Assembly (NCBI GenBank): GCA_051251855.1
Contig: JBPOGI010000001.1
Coordinates: forward strand, 832,001-896,000
Source: Roseibacillus sp.
GTDB lineage: Bacteria > Verrucomicrobiota > Verrucomicrobiia > Verrucomicrobiales > Akkermansiaceae
Direction: 5' to 3'
Length of the DNA stretch: 64,000 nucleotides
The notes under the pieces were generated by a model. The model was not told where the DNA came from and did not search any database. It saw only the letters and a program-made list of their open reading frames with translations. Position 1 is the first letter of the stretch. Every line of letters begins with the position of its first letter. The position numbers were made by a program, and so were the translations under genes. Positions 47,235 to 56,988 of this stretch are shown one piece after another.

Positions 47235-48524
47235 TTAAAAGACTTCCTGAGCAAGAAGGTCGTCGAAGGTTTGGCGCTTGCGAATGACAGTCGCTTGATT
47301 GCCATCGACGAGCACTTCGGTGGGGAGAGGGCGTGAGTTGTATGTGGAACCCATGACGGCTCCGTATGCTCCGGAAGACATGAGGGCGAGGAGTTCACCT
47401 TCGGCAAAGTCGGGGAGGTCGCGGTCTTGGCAGAAGAAGTCGCCGGTTTCGCAGACAGGACCGACAACGTCGGTTTTGACGGTGCTAACAGGGCCTGATT
47501 GGGTGACAGGGACGATTTCGTGATAGCCTTCGTAGAGGGCGGGGCGAATGAGGTCGTTCATGCCGGCGTCGACAATCTTAAAGGTCTTGGCTTTGCCCTT
47601 TTTCTCGTAGAGGCAACGGGTGAGAAGGACGCCGGCGTTACCTACGATGTAACGACCAGGCTCGAGGAGGATTTTGAGGCCAAGAGGCTTGAGAATAGGA
47701 ATGAGCTTGGCTGCATATTCGGCAGCAGTGAGAGGCTTGTCGGAAGGGTGGTGAGAGTCCCACCATTCAGGGCTACCCGACTCGAGCGCAGGGTCGTAGA
47801 TGATGCCGATACCGCCACCGATGGAGAAGAATTCAATGTCGTATTTCGCTTTGAGTTCAGCGGCAAGGGGCGCCGCTTTGGTGACGGCGTCGTGGAAGGG
47901 TTGCACAGTGGTAAGCTGAGAGCCGATGTGCATTTGCAGACCTTTAAGAACGACGTTCTCCATCTTGGAGGCGCGCTCGAAGACTTCGGTGATGACGTCG
48001 AAGTCGATGCCGAACTTGTTCTCGGACTTCCCCGTGGAGATATACTTGTGGGTTTTGGCGTCCACATTGGGATTCACGCGAATGGAGACGGGGGCTTTCT
48101 TGCCTGCTTCTCCGGCGACTTTGTTGATGAAATTGAGTTCGGCTTCGGACTCGACGTTGAAGGCGTGGATACCGAGTTCGAGAGCATATTCGATTTCTTC
48201 GCGGGTTTTTCCAACTCCAGCGAAGGTGCATTTGGCGGGGTCGCCACCCGCTTTGACGACCCGGTAGAGTTCGCCACCGGAGACGATGTCAAAGGAGGCA
48301 CCGATGCCTGCGAGCAGAGAGAGGACCGCGACGTTGGAGTTGGCTTTGACGGCATAGGCGACCTCGTGGTCAATGGGCTCAAGAGCTTCGTCGAGACGCT
48401 TGTAGTGATCGCGAATGGTGTTTGCCGAGTAGACGAAGGTGGGGGTCCCTTGTTGTTCAGCGATTTCGACGAGGGAAACCTGTTCGGCGTGGAGGGCGTT
48501 GTCGTGAAAGGAGAAGTAGTGCAT
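47235..48524 (-). CDS. lysA: diaminopimelate decarboxylase
   Basis: YAVKANSN PLP lysine, FDIVSGGE, HIGSQ, GGG.G, EPGR, RPALY, GPVCETGD, GAYG..M.S.YN.RP. Confidence 0.96.
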   Translation of the reverse strand: MHYFSFHDNALHAEQVSLVEIAEQQGTPTFVYSANTIRDHYKRLDEALEPIDHEVAYAVKANSNVAVLSLLAGIGASFDIVSGGELYRVVKAGGDPAKCTFAGVGKTREEIEYALELGIHAFNVESEAELNFINKVAGEAGKKAPVSIRVNPNVDAKTHKYISTGKSENKFGIDFDVITEVFERASKMENVVLKGLQMHIGSQLTTVQPFHDAVTKAAPLAAELKAKYDIEFFSIGGGIGIIYDPALESGSPEWWDSHHPSDKPLTAAEYAAKLIPILKPLGLKILLEPGRYIVGNAGVLLTRCLYEKKGKAKTFKIVDAGMNDLIRPALYEGYHEIVPVTQSGPVSTVKTDVVGPVCETGDFFCQDRDLPDFAEGELLALMSSGAYGAVMGSTYNSRPLPTEVLVDGNQATVIRKRQTFDDLLAQEVF

Positions 48525-48598
48525 GGCTCGGATCGGGGCGGACTATGGGTTTGAAGTGGGTTTTCAGCAAGCGAGGAAGTTGTCTTTGAACAGGGAAG

Positions 48599-49810
48599 CT
48601 ATCTACGAAGGATGGTGGTGCTATCGGAAAGCTCGAGGGTCGGGCTGGGACCGTCTTTTGGTAGGACAACGCGGGTGAGTTCTTCGTCTCCCTCGAGGGT
48701 CAGGGTCATATGGGCTGGGACGGTGATGACGGTTCGGACATTGAGTTCGGAGAAAAAGCCAGTGCGCCTGAAGTCGACAGTAATGGTGGGTGGGCTATCG
48801 GAGAAGGTGCTGGTTGGATAAAGGCGGCTTTTAGGCGCGCGGTGGCCCTCGGTAAAGCAGGTGATGGTGAACTTCTTGCCCGGGACGATTTCGATGATGT
48901 CTTCGCCGTTGAAGTCGAGGTGGAGTTCGCTGAGAGGAGGGAGGTTCTTTGGAGTTGCTCGGATCTCTTTGTCATAGGGCCAGATGGAGGCGGCTAAGCC
49001 CACGAGGATGAGCACGAGAGGAGCGGATACCCAAGGGACCCACTTAGGTGGAGTTTTCGCCCCTTCTTGGGGTTGCCATAGAATGGAGCGGTCGAGTTTG
49101 AGGAGTTTGTAGAATGCAAGGGAGGTAAACCACATCACGGCAGCGGCCCAAATGACATCGGAGGTGAAGTGGCCGCCTTGGGCGATTCTGGCGACACCGA
49201 TGAGGGAGCCAAAGAGGAGGGAAATGAGGAAGATGAGTAGACGACGGCGTCCGGTGAGGAGGGGGACGAAGGCGAAGAAAAAGTAGCCCACGGTAGCGTG
49301 GCCACAGGGGAAGGATTTTCCAGTCGATTCAGGCTCGTAGTGGAGGAGACGCTCGAACTTTTCGGTGCCATCAAATGCGATGATTTGTTTCGGGCGTGGT
49401 CTGCCCCATTGGTCTTTCAGTATGGCGTTTGTTATGAGTCCCGAACCAATTAATAATACGAAAAAAAAGTAAGCGCTGAGCTTGCGATACTTTGCCAGAG
49501 TTGGGTTGCCTAGACCGAGGAGGAGGACGAAAATCGAAACGATGCCTAGGAGTATGGCTGGGAGGGGACCGACGGTGTAAAAAAAGCGCCAAATGGGAGC
49601 TTCGCCAGTGGGCCAAGTCTTAGTGGCGGACTCGTAGAAAGGAGTGTGGATGTTGAGATCGAGGTCGCTGACCACAAAAGGAAGGGAGAGCACCGCAAGA
49701 AGGGCGAGAGGAAGATAGACAGCGATTCGCGCGGACACGGAGGGAGTTTGTGAAAGAACAGGCTCCTTGTCACTTGTGGGATTGGTCACGGGCGGTTTTT
49801 GCAGTGTCAC
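48599..49810 (-). CDS. PAP2 family membrane phosphatase with C-terminal soluble extension
   Basis: K..WGRPRP, SFPCGH, RI.QGGHFTSD; start uncertain. Confidence 0.85.
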   Translation of the reverse strand: MTLQKPPVTNPTSDKEPVLSQTPSVSARIAVYLPLALLAVLSLPFVVSDLDLNIHTPFYESATKTWPTGEAPIWRFFYTVGPLPAILLGIVSIFVLLLGLGNPTLAKYRKLSAYFFFVLLIGSGLITNAILKDQWGRPRPKQIIAFDGTEKFERLLHYEPESTGKSFPCGHATVGYFFFAFVPLLTGRRRLLIFLISLLFGSLIGVARIAQGGHFTSDVIWAAAVMWFTSLAFYKLLKLDRSILWQPQEGAKTPPKWVPWVSAPLVLILVGLAASIWPYDKEIRATPKNLPPLSELHLDFNGEDIIEIVPGKKFTITCFTEGHRAPKSRLYPTSTFSDSPPTITVDFRRTGFFSELNVRTVITVPAHMTLTLEGDEELTRVVLPKDGPSPTLELSDSTTILRR

Positions 49811-49854
49811 TTTCTGGACTGGCGTGGGAGGACAGGTTTCGCTCCACTGAAGCC

Positions 49855-50574
49855 GTGTCTGTTTTGTTTGCCGATTGGAAAGCCTGCTGGAGTGATTTTG
49901 CGGGGCGATGGCGGCAAGGGGCCAAGAAGGGATTCCTCTGGGTCTTCGGATGGGTGGCAGTGACTTGGCTGATTTTTGGATGGTTTGATGAGGCCTTACT
50001 CCTGTGGCTGCAGGGGCGGAGTGGTGCGGATTTGAATGTGAAACGGGTGGTCTCGCCGGAGCAGGAAGCTTGGGTGCAGTTTTGTAAGGAGTTGCACCAT
50101 TATACGAAATTCGAGTGGTTGAATCTGCTTGGAGCCGTAGTTTTGATTGGAGTGGGATTTGCTCGTAAAAGTGCTCACTGGCGGCAGACGGGTTTTGCTC
50201 TATTGCTCGCAGGCGGAATGGCGGGGTTGGCGGTGCAGGTGATTAAGACAACGAATGGGCGGCCTCGGCCTTCGACTTTGGCGAAGAGCGAAGAGGCCCA
50301 GTCAGCGTATGATTTTCGGGGAGTCACCTTTAAAGGGGGCTGGCGGGGGTATCCAAGTGGACACTCAGCTTCGGTGTGGGCGAGTTGTGTTGCGCTAGGG
50401 TTACGGTTTCGAAAGTTTCTTTGGCCGTTAATGCTCTTTTCGGCGCTGGTGGCTTGGTCTCGCGTGTATGGCAACTACCATTGGCCGACTGATGCGTTAC
50501 ACGGTTCTGCCTTAGGGGCGTTGTTTGGTTGGTTTTGGGGTGGTGCAGCTCAAAAGAAAGAGGAGGCTGTCTGA
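49855..50574 (+). CDS. PAP2 family membrane phosphatase
   Basis: K...GRPRP, YPSGH, SRVY..YHWPTD; start placed at in-frame GTG 49855 to avoid head-to-head overlap. Confidence 0.85.
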   Translation: MSVLFADWKACWSDFAGRWRQGAKKGFLWVFGWVAVTWLIFGWFDEALLLWLQGRSGADLNVKRVVSPEQEAWVQFCKELHHYTKFEWLNLLGAVVLIGVGFARKSAHWRQTGFALLLAGGMAGLAVQVIKTTNGRPRPSTLAKSEEAQSAYDFRGVTFKGGWRGYPSGHSASVWASCVALGLRFRKFLWPLMLFSALVAWSRVYGNYHWPTDALHGSALGALFGWFWGGAAQKKEEAV

Positions 50575-51029
50575 TGCGTTCGGTTGTGGAACTCACGGAA
50601 TATTTACATGAGCATATTCCACTCAGTGAGACGATGGGGGTTGAAGTGGTTTCAGCTTCGGAGGCGCGGGTTGAGTTGAAGGCCTTGTTTGAGCCGAATG
50701 TGAATCATCAGTGTACTGTTTTTGGAGGAAGTGCTTCGGCAGTGGCGATTCTGGCGGCTTGGACTCTAGTGCATGTGCGCTTGAGCGAGGCTGGGCTGGA
50801 TTGTGATTTAGTGATTCAACGAAATTCGATGGAATACTTGGCGCCCTTTGCGAATGATTTTGAGGCGGTATCTTCTTTTGAAGTTGAGGCGAGTTGGGAG
50901 CGGTTTCTAAAACTTTATCATCGTCGAGGTCGGGCTAGGCTTGTGATTTCTGCCTCTCTCTATTGTAAAGGGGAAGAAGTGGGTGTGTTAGAGGGAGCAT
51001 TTGTGGCTCTGAAGAGGCCGACTCGTTGA
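50574..51029 (+). CDS. YiiD C-terminal-like hotdog thioesterase
   Basis: YLHEHIPLS..MG, PNVNH..TVFGGS, AAWTL, LVIQ...MEYL.P. Confidence 0.85.
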   Translation: MRSVVELTEYLHEHIPLSETMGVEVVSASEARVELKALFEPNVNHQCTVFGGSASAVAILAAWTLVHVRLSEAGLDCDLVIQRNSMEYLAPFANDFEAVSSFEVEASWERFLKLYHRRGRARLVISASLYCKGEEVGVLEGAFVALKRPTR

Positions 51030-51123
51030 ACTTGGAATCGCAGAGGACAATGTGAGTGAGGGCGATGTCTCGCGGTTGGCATTTTTGGGTGTTCTTCGCG
51101 GAATCTGCTGACTAGATTCTCGA

Positions 51124-52239
51124 ATGAATGATGATTCCATTTCTCGTCGCCCGTTTTTGAAAACTGCTTTGGGGGCGGGGCTTGCCGCTTCAATGGCTCA
51201 GGGCCAAGACCAAGGGGAAGAAGAGAAGCCGAAGGGGAAGAAGCTTGGATGGGCTTTAGTTGGCTTGAGTCGGCTCAGCGAGCGAGACATTGCTCCCGCG
51301 CTGCTGAAGACCAAGCATGCTAGGTTGGCAGGCATTGTGACCGGGACTCCAGAGAAGGCGAAGGTTTGGCAGAAGCAATACGGTTTGGAGGATAGTGGAG
51401 TTTACGATTACGACAATTTCGACAAGGTGGTGGAGAATCCCGACATCGATGTCGTCTACATCGTTTTGCCGAACTCGATGCACTGCGAGTATGCTTTGCG
51501 AGCGGCGAGGGCTGGGAAACATGTCTATATGGAGAAGCCGATGGCGACTTCGTCGGAAGAGTGCCGAGAGATGATCAAGGCTTGCGAGGATGCAGGAGTG
51601 AAGTTGGGGATGGCCTACCGCTTACAGTTCGAGGCCCATCATAAGGAGATGATTCGTTTTGCGAAGGAGAAGGTTTTCGGAGAGGTGAAGCATATGGAGG
51701 GCGGTTTTGCGTTTCGAATGGGGGGCGCTAACCAGTGGAGGTTGAAGAAGGCTCTCGGCGGAGGAGCAATGTTTGATGTTGGGGTCTACGTGATTCAGGG
51801 AGCGCGTTACATCTTCGGAGAAGAACCGGACACAGTGAGTGCTTTAGAAACTAAGACGGATCCAGAGAAATTTGCGGAAGTGGATGAGACGATTGCTTGG
51901 ACGATGACCTTTCCTTCTGGAAAAACGGCAAGCATGTTTACCTCTTTCAACTTGTCAGGCTATAATAGAATGACGGTTTTTGCTGAAAAGGGACGCTTTG
52001 GGATGGAGCCTTGTTACGGAATCGGCGCTCAAAAAGGTTGGACCTCTGATGAAAAGATTCCGTTGTCTTTTCCAAAGACCGACCATTTTGAAGTGCAAAT
52101 GGACCTATTCTCGGAAGCAATTATAAACGGCCAAGAGTGGAAAGTGGATGGGAGCGAGGGCCTTAAGGATCATCTCGTCATGGAAGCAATCTTTCAGTCA
52201 GCTGCTAGCGGTAAAGCGGAGCCGGTGGGGAAGGTGTAA
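51124..52239 (+). CDS. Gfo/Idh/MocA oxidoreductase (glucose-fructose oxidoreductase-like), Tat-exported
   Basis: SRRPFLK, GIVTGTPEK, DVVYIVLPN.MH, GKHV..EKPMA, WRL.K.LGGG...D.G.Y. Confidence 0.9.
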   Translation: MNDDSISRRPFLKTALGAGLAASMAQGQDQGEEEKPKGKKLGWALVGLSRLSERDIAPALLKTKHARLAGIVTGTPEKAKVWQKQYGLEDSGVYDYDNFDKVVENPDIDVVYIVLPNSMHCEYALRAARAGKHVYMEKPMATSSEECREMIKACEDAGVKLGMAYRLQFEAHHKEMIRFAKEKVFGEVKHMEGGFAFRMGGANQWRLKKALGGGAMFDVGVYVIQGARYIFGEEPDTVSALETKTDPEKFAEVDETIAWTMTFPSGKTASMFTSFNLSGYNRMTVFAEKGRFGMEPCYGIGAQKGWTSDEKIPLSFPKTDHFEVQMDLFSEAIINGQEWKVDGSEGLKDHLVMEAIFQSAASGKAEPVGKV

Positions 52240-52460
52240 TACCGTTCTCACAGTTAAATTGATGTAATGGTTTTATTTTGGGTTTTAAGAAAAGCGCTGC
52301 GCGAGCACTCAGAAAGTCGGGCCAAATTTCCCAATACCGGCGTTGCTTCTCGGTCAGAGTGCACCCAAGGGGCATACCACTCGCACTCCTCCCTCGGCGC
52401 GCCTTGGTCTTGGAAAACCTGACTCCGACCATTACACCAATTTAACTGTTCAAATGGTAT
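52239..52460. mobile_element. MITE/ERIC-like non-autonomous element, 222 bp, with 32-bp terminal inverted repeats
   Basis: Left end ATACCGTTCTCACAGTTAAATTGATGTAATGG; reverse complement of right end ATACCATTTGAACAGTTAAATTGGTGTAATGG (27/32 identical); TA at both ends; long internal hairpin. Confidence 0.75.
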
Positions 52461-52503
52461 AAGTTGAATGGATACATCCGAGGATGATATTCGTAGCGCT
52501 AGT

Positions 52504-55500
52504 TCACTCGCCCTCGGAGCGATAGCGGAAGAAAAGCTGCTCCGTGCTTCTAGGGAGAAGGCTGTCGTCGGGTAGAGTCCATAGGCCAGAAACTTCGCCT
52601 TGGGAACCAGTTGATCGCAGATCGATAAGACCTGGTGGGTTGTCGAACCAGTTCTTTAAGTCATAGCTGAACTGAGGAACGAGGGCGTTGCCCGCGGAGA
52701 GAGGGAGCTGGTAGTCGCCTAAAATGGAACCTGGTTCCATGCGAATACAGAAAGTGCCATTCAATCCTGTTCCAATCTGCCACTGGGGACGGCTCGTTTG
52801 CAGAGTGGTGCTCTCCACTTGATAGCCCCAAAATTGGAGCGGGCTGATTGCGGTGCCGAGGTTAAAGGAGAGTGCAAAACTTCCGAGTTGGACTTCGCCA
52901 ACCCCGTTATTGGGATCAAGGACAAGGGTGAGCTCGGCACGATTTCCAGAGAAGTCGGCGGTGGTGAAGCTGTCATTGGCGATGAGACTTCCTTGGTGAA
53001 GGACTTCCAAGAGGAGGGTGTCGGAGTTGATGCGAACCGCTAAGGCCTGGGCGGGGTCGTTGATGGGGCTCAGGAGGAATGAGCCTGCGCCGCCGGAGGG
53101 GAATTGGAGCGTCGCGTTGAAGCTAGTTGGTTCGCTCAGGCCGGTTTCGAAGGGAAGGTAGTTGAAGCCGTGTCCGGTTCCGCTGGAGACAAGACTGTAG
53201 CCATTGGACGTTCCGGTACCATCAGGGGTATCGATTTGGAAGGCGGACTCGGTGAGGTTGGACTTGGTGAAGAATTCATCATTGACCTTGAAGTAAGCAC
53301 CGAGAGTCGGTTCGTGAGAGCCCTCCACGAGGGGAATGAGGCGATTGAGAAGAGCGGCTTCGGAGCCAGAGAGGTTATTCGCTTCGAGAGGGTCATTGGC
53401 GAGATTGAAGAGCTCATAGGTGGGGGCGGCACCGCCAGTGGCACGATCGCGAACAATTTTCCAATCACCTTGCCGGACGGCACGCCAACGGCGGCTGCCT
53501 TCGGTGAAGGACCAGTAGTGATAGTTGCGTGGCTCGAGACTGCTTTCATCACCTCCTAACAGAGCTGGTAGGATGGAGCGTCCGGTGACTTGCGAGGGGG
53601 ATGAGACTCCGGCGGCGTGGGCAAAGGTGGGGAGCATATCGGCGAAGGTGCCGATAACGTCGGAGGTGGATCCAGCGGGAATCTTTCCGGGCCACCAAGC
53701 GATGAAGGGCGCGCGGATGCCGCCTTCGTAGGTATCGCGCTTGAGGCCTCGGAAGTCAGTGAAGCCTGGCTTGAGATGTTCTGGGGTTAGAAAGGTGGGT
53801 TCGTCTTCGCCGTTGTCGGAGCAAAAGATGACGAGGGTGTTGTCGGCGATGCTGTCGGAGGTGTCGCCATCACCATTAGGATCGTATAGTTTGTCGATGA
53901 TGCGGCCGGTGTCGCGGTCAGCGGCAGAGACCATAGTTGCGTAGACGTGAGGAACGAATTCGGGTCGTCCTTGGTCATCGGTTCCGAAAGGGGCTCCGGG
54001 ATAGAGTTCTTCTAACAGCGTTTGGTCTGGGTCGTTATGATCGTAGATTAAGCCGTCTGCATCGGTGAGTGCTTCGACAGTAGCGGCGTTGTAGAAGAAG
54101 GCATGTGGAGGAGTCCAAGCGCAGTAGAGAAAGAAAGGGTTGTCGGCATTGTCTTCAATAAACTGAAGGCCTTCGGACACCACGACATCATGTGAGCAGA
54201 CGTTGCCTACCGCGTCGTCCCAAGTTCTGGTTTGGATATTAAAGTTTTGAGCGCCGGGAAGATAGAGCTCGGCATTATTGGCATCGGCGAGGGTTTGGTC
54301 GAAATAGATGCGCTCCTGATTTCTCCAAAGGAAGAGGGGGAAAAAGCGATGGGCGTTAGTCTGACTGAGATAGCCACAAAAGAAGTCGAAGCCTTGGTTC
54401 CATGGGGCACCTGTTGAGCCACCGACTCCCCACTTTCCTACGCAGCCGGTGGTGTAGCCTGCCCCTTTGAGAATTTCAGCGACTGTGACTCGGGCTGGGT
54501 TGAGCTGGCTACCGGAGTTGTGGCGATCGTGAGACCGGCGCGAGTCTTGCCCAGTCAGGAGAGAGGATCGGCAGGACTGGCAGACGGGGCTGGCAGTGTA
54601 GTAGTTCGTGAACATCATGCCTTGTGCCGCCATGGTGTCCACTCGCGGGGTCTTGAGGGTGGCTTGGCCATAGACTCCGATTTCCTGAGTATCGAGATCG
54701 TCGAGCATGATGAAAATAATGTTCGGGCGCTCACTGGGCTGATGAGTGCTGTCGAAAGGATCGGAACCAAGAGAGATTTCGATGTCGTCATTGATATTGT
54801 CGCCATCGGTATCGGGTAGGAGCGGGTTGGTGCCGGTATCGTTGGGGGAAAGGTAACGGCCGGAGCCAGACTCGATGCCATCGAGGAGGTTGTCGTCATC
54901 GCTATCAGGGTCGAGCGGGTCGGTGATACCTGCGACCTCGATGTCGTCATTGAGTCCGTCATTGTCGGTGTCAGGGAGGTTGGGATTGGTATCAGCATCT
55001 TCTTCTGCAGTGTTATCGAGTCCGTCGCCATCAGGATTTCCGGTGCCTGTTTGGGTGAAGTTACCGAAGTGAATCAGTTCCCAGAGATCAGTGAGACCGT
55101 CCATGTCGTCGTCAGAGTTCGCAAGGCTTTCGTCAAAGGCGCTGCCGAGGATAAAGTGGCGCATGTGGCGGGAACTCGCGATATTGTGCCCGGTCGTAGT
55201 CACCTGAATTCGTTGTCCCGAGCTGCCTTCGTTGTATTGAAAATATTCGGGACTGGCGGCTGTCGATTGGTCGTAGGTGATTAAGAACCCAAGGTTCGAA
55301 TCGTCAGCCACGATTACTGGAGTGGCGAATTCAAAGGTCACGTAGTCATTCCCGCTTACGAGCCCGTCGATTGTGTAGGTTTCGAGGTAGAGTTCAGTTA
55401 CAGAGGTGTCGACGTAATAGTTGTTTCCATCGGTAGGGGTGTCGTGGCCCGTTCCGGTTTCCCAATTCTCCGGGGTGCCAGCGATGATCCGGACTGTGAG

Positions 55501-55779
55501 GGTATCGTTGGAAAAGGTCTGGGCGCTATTCTTGTGAATGGTAATTCCAGTGATCTGGTATCCTTCGCCTGGGTCGGTAGGGAGATAGAATAGCTGGCCG
55601 CGTGCGTGGTTGGTGTTGGTGTCTTCGTCAAAGATTCTCGAGAAGGTGCCACCTACATTGTCGGAGAGAATAATGTCTGTTGTTGGAGCAAGAGATGAGA
55701 CAGTGATGTTTCCAAAAGCAACTGGGGCGAATACTGCCACCAAGGAAGCAGCGAGGGAAAGGCAGGATGGGTTTGTCAT
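52504..55779 (-). CDS. multidomain secreted sulfatase (N-terminal beta domain, DxDxDG repeats, sulfatase, C-terminal extension)
   Basis: Signal peptide; RPNIIFIMLDDL, SPVCQSCRSSLLTG, GKWG, SDNG, RGLKRDTYEGGIR, ELFNL..DP.E. Confidence 0.88.
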   Translation of the reverse strand: MTNPSCLSLAASLVAVFAPVAFGNITVSSLAPTTDIILSDNVGGTFSRIFDEDTNTNHARGQLFYLPTDPGEGYQITGITIHKNSAQTFSNDTLTVRIIAGTPENWETGTGHDTPTDGNNYYVDTSVTELYLETYTIDGLVSGNDYVTFEFATPVIVADDSNLGFLITYDQSTAASPEYFQYNEGSSGQRIQVTTTGHNIASSRHMRHFILGSAFDESLANSDDDMDGLTDLWELIHFGNFTQTGTGNPDGDGLDNTAEEDADTNPNLPDTDNDGLNDDIEVAGITDPLDPDSDDDNLLDGIESGSGRYLSPNDTGTNPLLPDTDGDNINDDIEISLGSDPFDSTHQPSERPNIIFIMLDDLDTQEIGVYGQATLKTPRVDTMAAQGMMFTNYYTASPVCQSCRSSLLTGQDSRRSHDRHNSGSQLNPARVTVAEILKGAGYTTGCVGKWGVGGSTGAPWNQGFDFFCGYLSQTNAHRFFPLFLWRNQERIYFDQTLADANNAELYLPGAQNFNIQTRTWDDAVGNVCSHDVVVSEGLQFIEDNADNPFFLYCAWTPPHAFFYNAATVEALTDADGLIYDHNDPDQTLLEELYPGAPFGTDDQGRPEFVPHVYATMVSAADRDTGRIIDKLYDPNGDGDTSDSIADNTLVIFCSDNGEDEPTFLTPEHLKPGFTDFRGLKRDTYEGGIRAPFIAWWPGKIPAGSTSDVIGTFADMLPTFAHAAGVSSPSQVTGRSILPALLGGDESSLEPRNYHYWSFTEGSRRWRAVRQGDWKIVRDRATGGAAPTYELFNLANDPLEANNLSGSEAALLNRLIPLVEGSHEPTLGAYFKVNDEFFTKSNLTESAFQIDTPDGTGTSNGYSLVSSGTGHGFNYLPFETGLSEPTSFNATLQFPSGGAGSFLLSPINDPAQALAVRINSDTLLLEVLHQGSLIANDSFTTADFSGNRAELTLVLDPNNGVGEVQLGSFALSFNLGTAISPLQFWGYQVESTTLQTSRPQWQIGTGLNGTFCIRMEPGSILGDYQLPLSAGNALVPQFSYDLKNWFDNPPGLIDLRSTGSQGEVSGLWTLPDDSLLPRSTEQLFFRYRSEGE

Positions 55780-55839
55780 GGAAAAAACTTTGAGGCAATG
55801 CCGGTCTATAGAGTCTGCAACTGTTTGCAGTAATAATTC

Positions 55840-56988
55840 CTATTGAGAGGAGGGAACCCCAAAGGTGGTGAGGGTGCCCCACGAAGCGTGTTGGGAGTGG
55901 GAGCCTTCGGGGCGTTGTTGTTCGGCGGCTTTGTGACTCCAGGGTAGTTCGAGCTTTTTTCGCTCTGTATAATGGTGGACGAGACGCTCGTAAATAGGAC
56001 GAAAGCGTCCTCTCCCTCGGTCTGAAATTGAGGAGTAGTCGTAGCGTCCTTGGTAGCTGCGAAAACGCTCAAAAGGCACTTCTTCGCCAAGATTGTATTT
56101 GGCCGTATATTCGAAGCCTTTGGCCAATCGATTGTCGGAGATGGAGTAAAGATCCACGCCTTGTCTCCATGCGATCTCGCAAGCCACACTCAAGAATCCG
56201 AGTCCCATCTGGACGTGCAGTTGGTCGCGGCCGCTTTCTTGGCATTGGCCTGTTTCCTTGAGGTAGTTGTTTATCGCGCCATTCCCCTTGCCAGTGCGGT
56301 AGTAGGTCACTGCGCGCTCGAACATTTGGCGGTCATCAAGAAAGACGCCCATCGCTATCATCGTTTGGAGCATGGCGGCATCCCAGTTTCCGTTCGCCGA
56401 GGGATAGAAGTCTTTGATGGTGGGATAGAAGACCTCGCGTAGCATGTGCTCGAAGCGCTCGACCTCCTTCTGGGGCCAATCTGCATCGCTATAGCGAATG
56501 AGTTCGGCAGCACAGCAGTAGATGACGCCGTCCATTCCTACCAAGAGTTTTGCGTCATGGCCTGAAATGGACTCGAGGGTTTGAGACCAGGCATTGAGAA
56601 TCTCAATCGTCTTGTTAGCGTGTGCCTTCTTGCCGGTGATTACCCATTGCAGAGCATGATTGTAGGCAGCTCCGCCATCGCTCGTGAAATCAGAGCTACC
56701 TAGATCTGGTCTATTCCGCGCTCCTCTCACCACTTGGGCGCGAGGGTTGGGCTGATAACTCAGCGAGGCTTGCTTGGATTGGCGCAAGTTATTCCAAGCG
56801 CTCTGCCAAGGTTCGCTCTGGGATTCGAGCTTGGATTTTACAAAGGAGAGCTCCTCCTTGCTATGAAGTAGGCCAGGATGGTTGAAAGTAACTTCTTGGT
56901 TTTGAGTTGCTTCCTCCGAGTGAGAGTGGTCGCTTAGGTGAAAGATAAGTAGAAGAGCGACTAGGCTCGAGTGAATCGTTTTTCTCAT
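55840..56988 (-). CDS. alginate lyase family (alpha/alpha toroid) secreted protein
   Basis: F.HPGLLH, ILNAW, ANGNWDA, GQCQESGRDQ.H...GLG, QGVDLY, GFEYTAKYN. Confidence 0.8.
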   Translation of the reverse strand: MRKTIHSSLVALLLIFHLSDHSHSEEATQNQEVTFNHPGLLHSKEELSFVKSKLESQSEPWQSAWNNLRQSKQASLSYQPNPRAQVVRGARNRPDLGSSDFTSDGGAAYNHALQWVITGKKAHANKTIEILNAWSQTLESISGHDAKLLVGMDGVIYCCAAELIRYSDADWPQKEVERFEHMLREVFYPTIKDFYPSANGNWDAAMLQTMIAMGVFLDDRQMFERAVTYYRTGKGNGAINNYLKETGQCQESGRDQLHVQMGLGFLSVACEIAWRQGVDLYSISDNRLAKGFEYTAKYNLGEEVPFERFRSYQGRYDYSSISDRGRGRFRPIYERLVHHYTERKKLELPWSHKAAEQQRPEGSHSQHASWGTLTTFGVPSSQ

